From the NCBI GenBank assembly GCA_049903315.1, contig JBNGBT010000017.1, forward strand, positions 1 through 28,588: DNA of 28,588 bases. The letters run 5' to 3'. Made by a program: the position numbers and the translations under genes. Positions 25,792 through 28,588 of this stretch are shown here, in pieces; positions within the stretch are counted from its first letter, which is position 1, and every line of letters begins with the position of its first letter. The notes below the pieces were generated by a model, which was not told where the DNA came from, searched no databases, and was given only the letters and a program-made list of their open reading frames with translations. The DNA is from Candidatus Cloacimonadota bacterium. Its GTDB lineage: Bacteria > Cloacimonadota > Cloacimonadia > JGIOTU-2.

Positions 25792-28588
25792 ATGAAGAAA
25801 TATTTTTTATTTCTTTGTATTTTTTTATTAATATTTTCTCTATTTCTCTCTGCTGACCATCTCCCGCGCGAACTCTTTCATAAAAACAACGCACCATCAC
25901 AATTTTACTTACCCCGTGCCGATTCTTTGCATGGATTCGATATGCAGCATTATGATATCACAATGGAGCTGTTTCCTTCTACACACTACATTGAGGGAAA
26001 TGTTCTTGCTCAGGTTACTGCGACTGAAAATGGACTCTCCGAAATTACCTACGAACTCGAAAGTTTTGATGTGACTGGAGTTTTTGTAAACGAAACCTCT
26101 GCAGCATACACTTATTCAAATGGAATTATCACCATTACGTTGGATCATGCTTATTCAATAGGGGAAGATTTTTCTACGCAGGTTTTTTACGAAGGATATC
26201 CTGTACTCAGCAATGACGGCTACAGCACAGGAATTCACTGGTCATCCTACATATACACGTATGCAGACCCGAATGGCGCACGCTATTGGTGGCCCGGCTA
26301 CGATCATCCGTGGGATAAAGCAACGACCAAAATGGTCATCACTGTACCAGACGATAAACTCGTAGCATCTAACGGCTTACTGGAAAGCGAAATAAATAAC
26401 GGCGACGATACAATAACATTTACGTGGAATAACACTGGGCAAATCGCGACGTATCTTGTATCTCTTTGCATTGGTGCATACAGCACTTTTGAGCAAACAT
26501 ACCCGGGCGTACCTATCATAAACTATGTCTATCCCGGGCATCTCAATGCAGCGCAGACAGATTTTGCATGCATTCCTGTTGCAATGGGCATCTACGAAGA
26601 CAGATTCGGAAATTATCCTTGGCAGAAATACGGTGCTGCAGAATGCGGCGTGTTTGGTGGAATGGGCGGGATGGAGCATCAGACTATGACCTCGATCGGA
26701 AGTGGTCTTATAAACGGCTACGAAACGTACGAGATGATCTTTGTACATGAATTAGGACACATGTGGTTTGGTGACTGCCTGACTCCTCTCACGTGGAAAG
26801 ATGTATGGCTCTCCGAGGGATTCGCAACCTACTCCGAAGCCCTCTATGTCGAGGGCACAGATGGCTATGATGCAATGTGTGATTATGTGCAGACCTCCTA
26901 TCATAACTATTATCTGAGCTGGGCAGGAAGCACTCCCCACACCGTGTACGATCCGGCATATTTATCATATTTTACGCCTGCAACCTACGAAAAACCTGCT
27001 TCCTTCCTGCACATGCTCAGGCTCGCTGTAGGTGACAGCACATTCTTTGATATAATTCAAACCTATTTCCAGCAATACCATAGCGGCTGTGTGGTCACTG
27101 AAGATTTCCAGTCTGCATGCGAAGATATATCCGGGCAGGATTTTGATGATTATTTTAATGCGTGGATCTATGGAAGCGGCATCCCAAGTTTTGAATATTC
27201 CTATTTGAAAGGAACGAGCGGTTCGCGTGACCCCAATCTTATCATGATAAGCAGATCGACATCTCCCACAGCAAGCCAATTTTATATGACTATCCCGTTC
27301 GGAGTTAACACCTCATCCGGCACAGAAACCGTTCTTATGGAAACTACTCCCGAATTCTCTTCTGCGGAATACTCGATTAGTGATGATATTCTTAGTGTAG
27401 ATTTCGATCCAGATTCATGGATACTGGATAGAGGGAGCACGTATATTGTTCCGGAACTCTCCTCCGCACTTGCTGGTAATGGGGCAGTTTCTCTCATGTG
27501 GGAGGAGTTCCCCGACGTAGTTTCTCAGGGATTATTCAACATTTATAGGAGTGAAAATCTCAGCGAAGACTTTATAATAATCGCAAATGTACCCGGAGAT
27601 CAACTGGACTACGTGGATACTGATGTGGTAAATGGAACAACATATTATTATAAGATTTCATATGGTGTCATTGCTGGTTATTTTTCTGGAGAAACAGAGC
27701 ATTCGAACATACTTTCTGCCACGCCGATCAGCTTCCCAATGGATCAGGGGATTCTTGTTGTTGACGAAACAAAGAATGGTTCTGGTGGACCTACCACACC
27801 TGCGGATTCTACTGTTGATAAATTTTATGCGGATGCACTTACCCACTTCCAGATAACGCAGTACGATTATGAGGATGAGGGTGAACCGGATTTGAGTTTT
27901 CTTGCCAATTACTCAACCATTATCTGGCACGATGAGGATATGAATGAGAAATATATCGAGGATAATATTCAGAATCTCAATGCGATGATATTGAGCGGAG
28001 GGCATGTGCTCATCTGCGGCTGGAAAACTGCTGATTATATTCCCGACACATTCCTGCAGCACTATTACGGACTTGAAGAAGCGGTTATAATCAATGACCT
28101 TGATTTTCTTGGTGCACTTGGAGAAGATGGATATCCTTATATTGATGTGGATGGCACGATCCTTCCTCCATGGAATAACAAATGGAATTATATTGTTGAT
28201 TTCCCTGATGCGATGATAGATAAATCGCTCTATACTTATAACTCTGAATCCGGTGCCAATGCCGGAAAAATTGTGGGCTTGGTTGATAACAAACAGGACA
28301 AAGCAGCTGTAGTACTGGGATTTCCCCTCTTTTTTATGGAACTACCAACTGTGCAGGATTTTCTTACAGCGCTTATGATCGATTTCGGAGAATGTGTTGC
28401 AACTGATGACGAACCAGTTCCATCATTACCAATTCTCACCTGCTCACCCAATCCCTTCTCGTGTTCTACCAACATTTCATATGCAACCACGAATTTACAC
28501 GAATTAACTCAAATTAAAATCTATAATATAAAAGGACAACTGATTCGAAATCTCCCCCTCACCTCTTCCCCTCTTCACTCCATCGAAG
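25792..28588 (+). CDS. M1 family zinc aminopeptidase with extra C-terminal domains and CTD (3'-partial; absent from the supplied ORF track)
   Basis: ATG 25792 after AAGGAGG; signal peptide MKKYFLFLCIFLLIFSLFLSA; ARYWWPGYDHPWDKAT (~26278), GGMEHQT (26665), HELGHMWFGD (26746), WLSEGFATY; the same frame reaches CSPNPF...IKIYNIKGQLIR at the window edge without a stop. Confidence 0.92.
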   Translation, partial: MKKYFLFLCIFLLIFSLFLSADHLPRELFHKNNAPSQFYLPRADSLHGFDMQHYDITMELFPSTHYIEGNVLAQVTATENGLSEITYELESFDVTGVFVNETSAAYTYSNGIITITLDHAYSIGEDFSTQVFYEGYPVLSNDGYSTGIHWSSYIYTYADPNGARYWWPGYDHPWDKATTKMVITVPDDKLVASNGLLESEINNGDDTITFTWNNTGQIATYLVSLCIGAYSTFEQTYPGVPIINYVYPGHLNAAQTDFACIPVAMGIYEDRFGNYPWQKYGAAECGVFGGMGGMEHQTMTSIGSGLINGYETYEMIFVHELGHMWFGDCLTPLTWKDVWLSEGFATYSEALYVEGTDGYDAMCDYVQTSYHNYYLSWAGSTPHTVYDPAYLSYFTPATYEKPASFLHMLRLAVGDSTFFDIIQTYFQQYHSGCVVTEDFQSACEDISGQDFDDYFNAWIYGSGIPSFEYSYLKGTSGSRDPNLIMISRSTSPTASQFYMTIPFGVNTSSGTETVLMETTPEFSSAEYSISDDILSVDFDPDSWILDRGSTYIVPELSSALAGNGAVSLMWEEFPDVVSQGLFNIYRSENLSEDFIIIANVPGDQLDYVDTDVVNGTTYYYKISYGVIAGYFSGETEHSNILSATPISFPMDQGILVVDETKNGSGGPTTPADSTVDKFYADALTHFQITQYDYEDEGEPDLSFLANYSTIIWHDEDMNEKYIEDNIQNLNAMILSGGHVLICGWKTADYIPDTFLQHYYGLEEAVIINDLDFLGALGEDGYPYIDVDGTILPPWNNKWNYIVDFPDAMIDKSLYTYNSESGANAGKIVGLVDNKQDKAAVVLGFPLFFMELPTVQDFLTALMIDFGECVATDDEPVPSLPILTCSPNPFSCSTNISYATTNLHELTQIKIYNIKGQLIRNLPLTSSPLHSIE
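28486..28583 (+). repeat. In-frame 10-bp and 8-bp arrays inside a CTD
   Basis: 28486-28515: ACCACGAATT TACACGAATT AACTCAAATT (TTNLHELTQI). 28552-28583: CTCCCCCT CACCTCTT CCCCTCTT CACTCCAT (LPLTSSPLHS). Confidence 0.75.

Noticed and set aside
26304..28490. Short ORFs listed in the track for the right end
   Set aside because: All lie within the long plus-strand M1 aminopeptidase frame starting at 25792.

Overview
A 28.6-kb chromosomal window from an FCB-group bacterium; the gene style suggests Candidatus Cloacimonadota, which is an inference. It holds 23 supportable CDSs. (1) 67-7061, minus strand: four secreted proteins. Three end in a FlgD-Ig/T9SS-type C-terminal sorting domain (CTD: PNPF...I.IYN.KGQ....W.G....G.YFY); the leftmost, an LVIVD-type propeller, stops without one. 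(2) 7164-14203, minus strand: a tight housekeeping run gltX-glnS-GNAT-[PTS EIIA + PII-like fusion]-CPA2 antiporter-holB. (3) 14348-18638, plus strand: an AT-richer accessory block with two mosaic tandem CTD paralogues and three tandem paralogues of a small beta-barrel family. (4) 18781-end, plus strand: ATP-type PFK, PPi-type PFK, SpoVG-like protein, M14 carboxypeptidase with CTD, four-helix-bundle (23S-IVP family) gene, SerA-like dehydrogenase, PPC/DUF296 protein, and an M1 aminopeptidase with CTD that runs off the right edge and is missing from the supplied ORF track. The most unusual signal is a set of short degenerate tandem arrays with periods of 7, 8, 9 and 10 bp. Heptamer arrays bracket the four-helix-bundle gene in inverted orientation and appear to overwrite the M14 stop codon. 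Another array lies free in an intergenic region, and others sit in frame in the same two loops of three different CTDs. I found no rRNA, tRNA, CRISPR array, transposase or reverse transcriptase.
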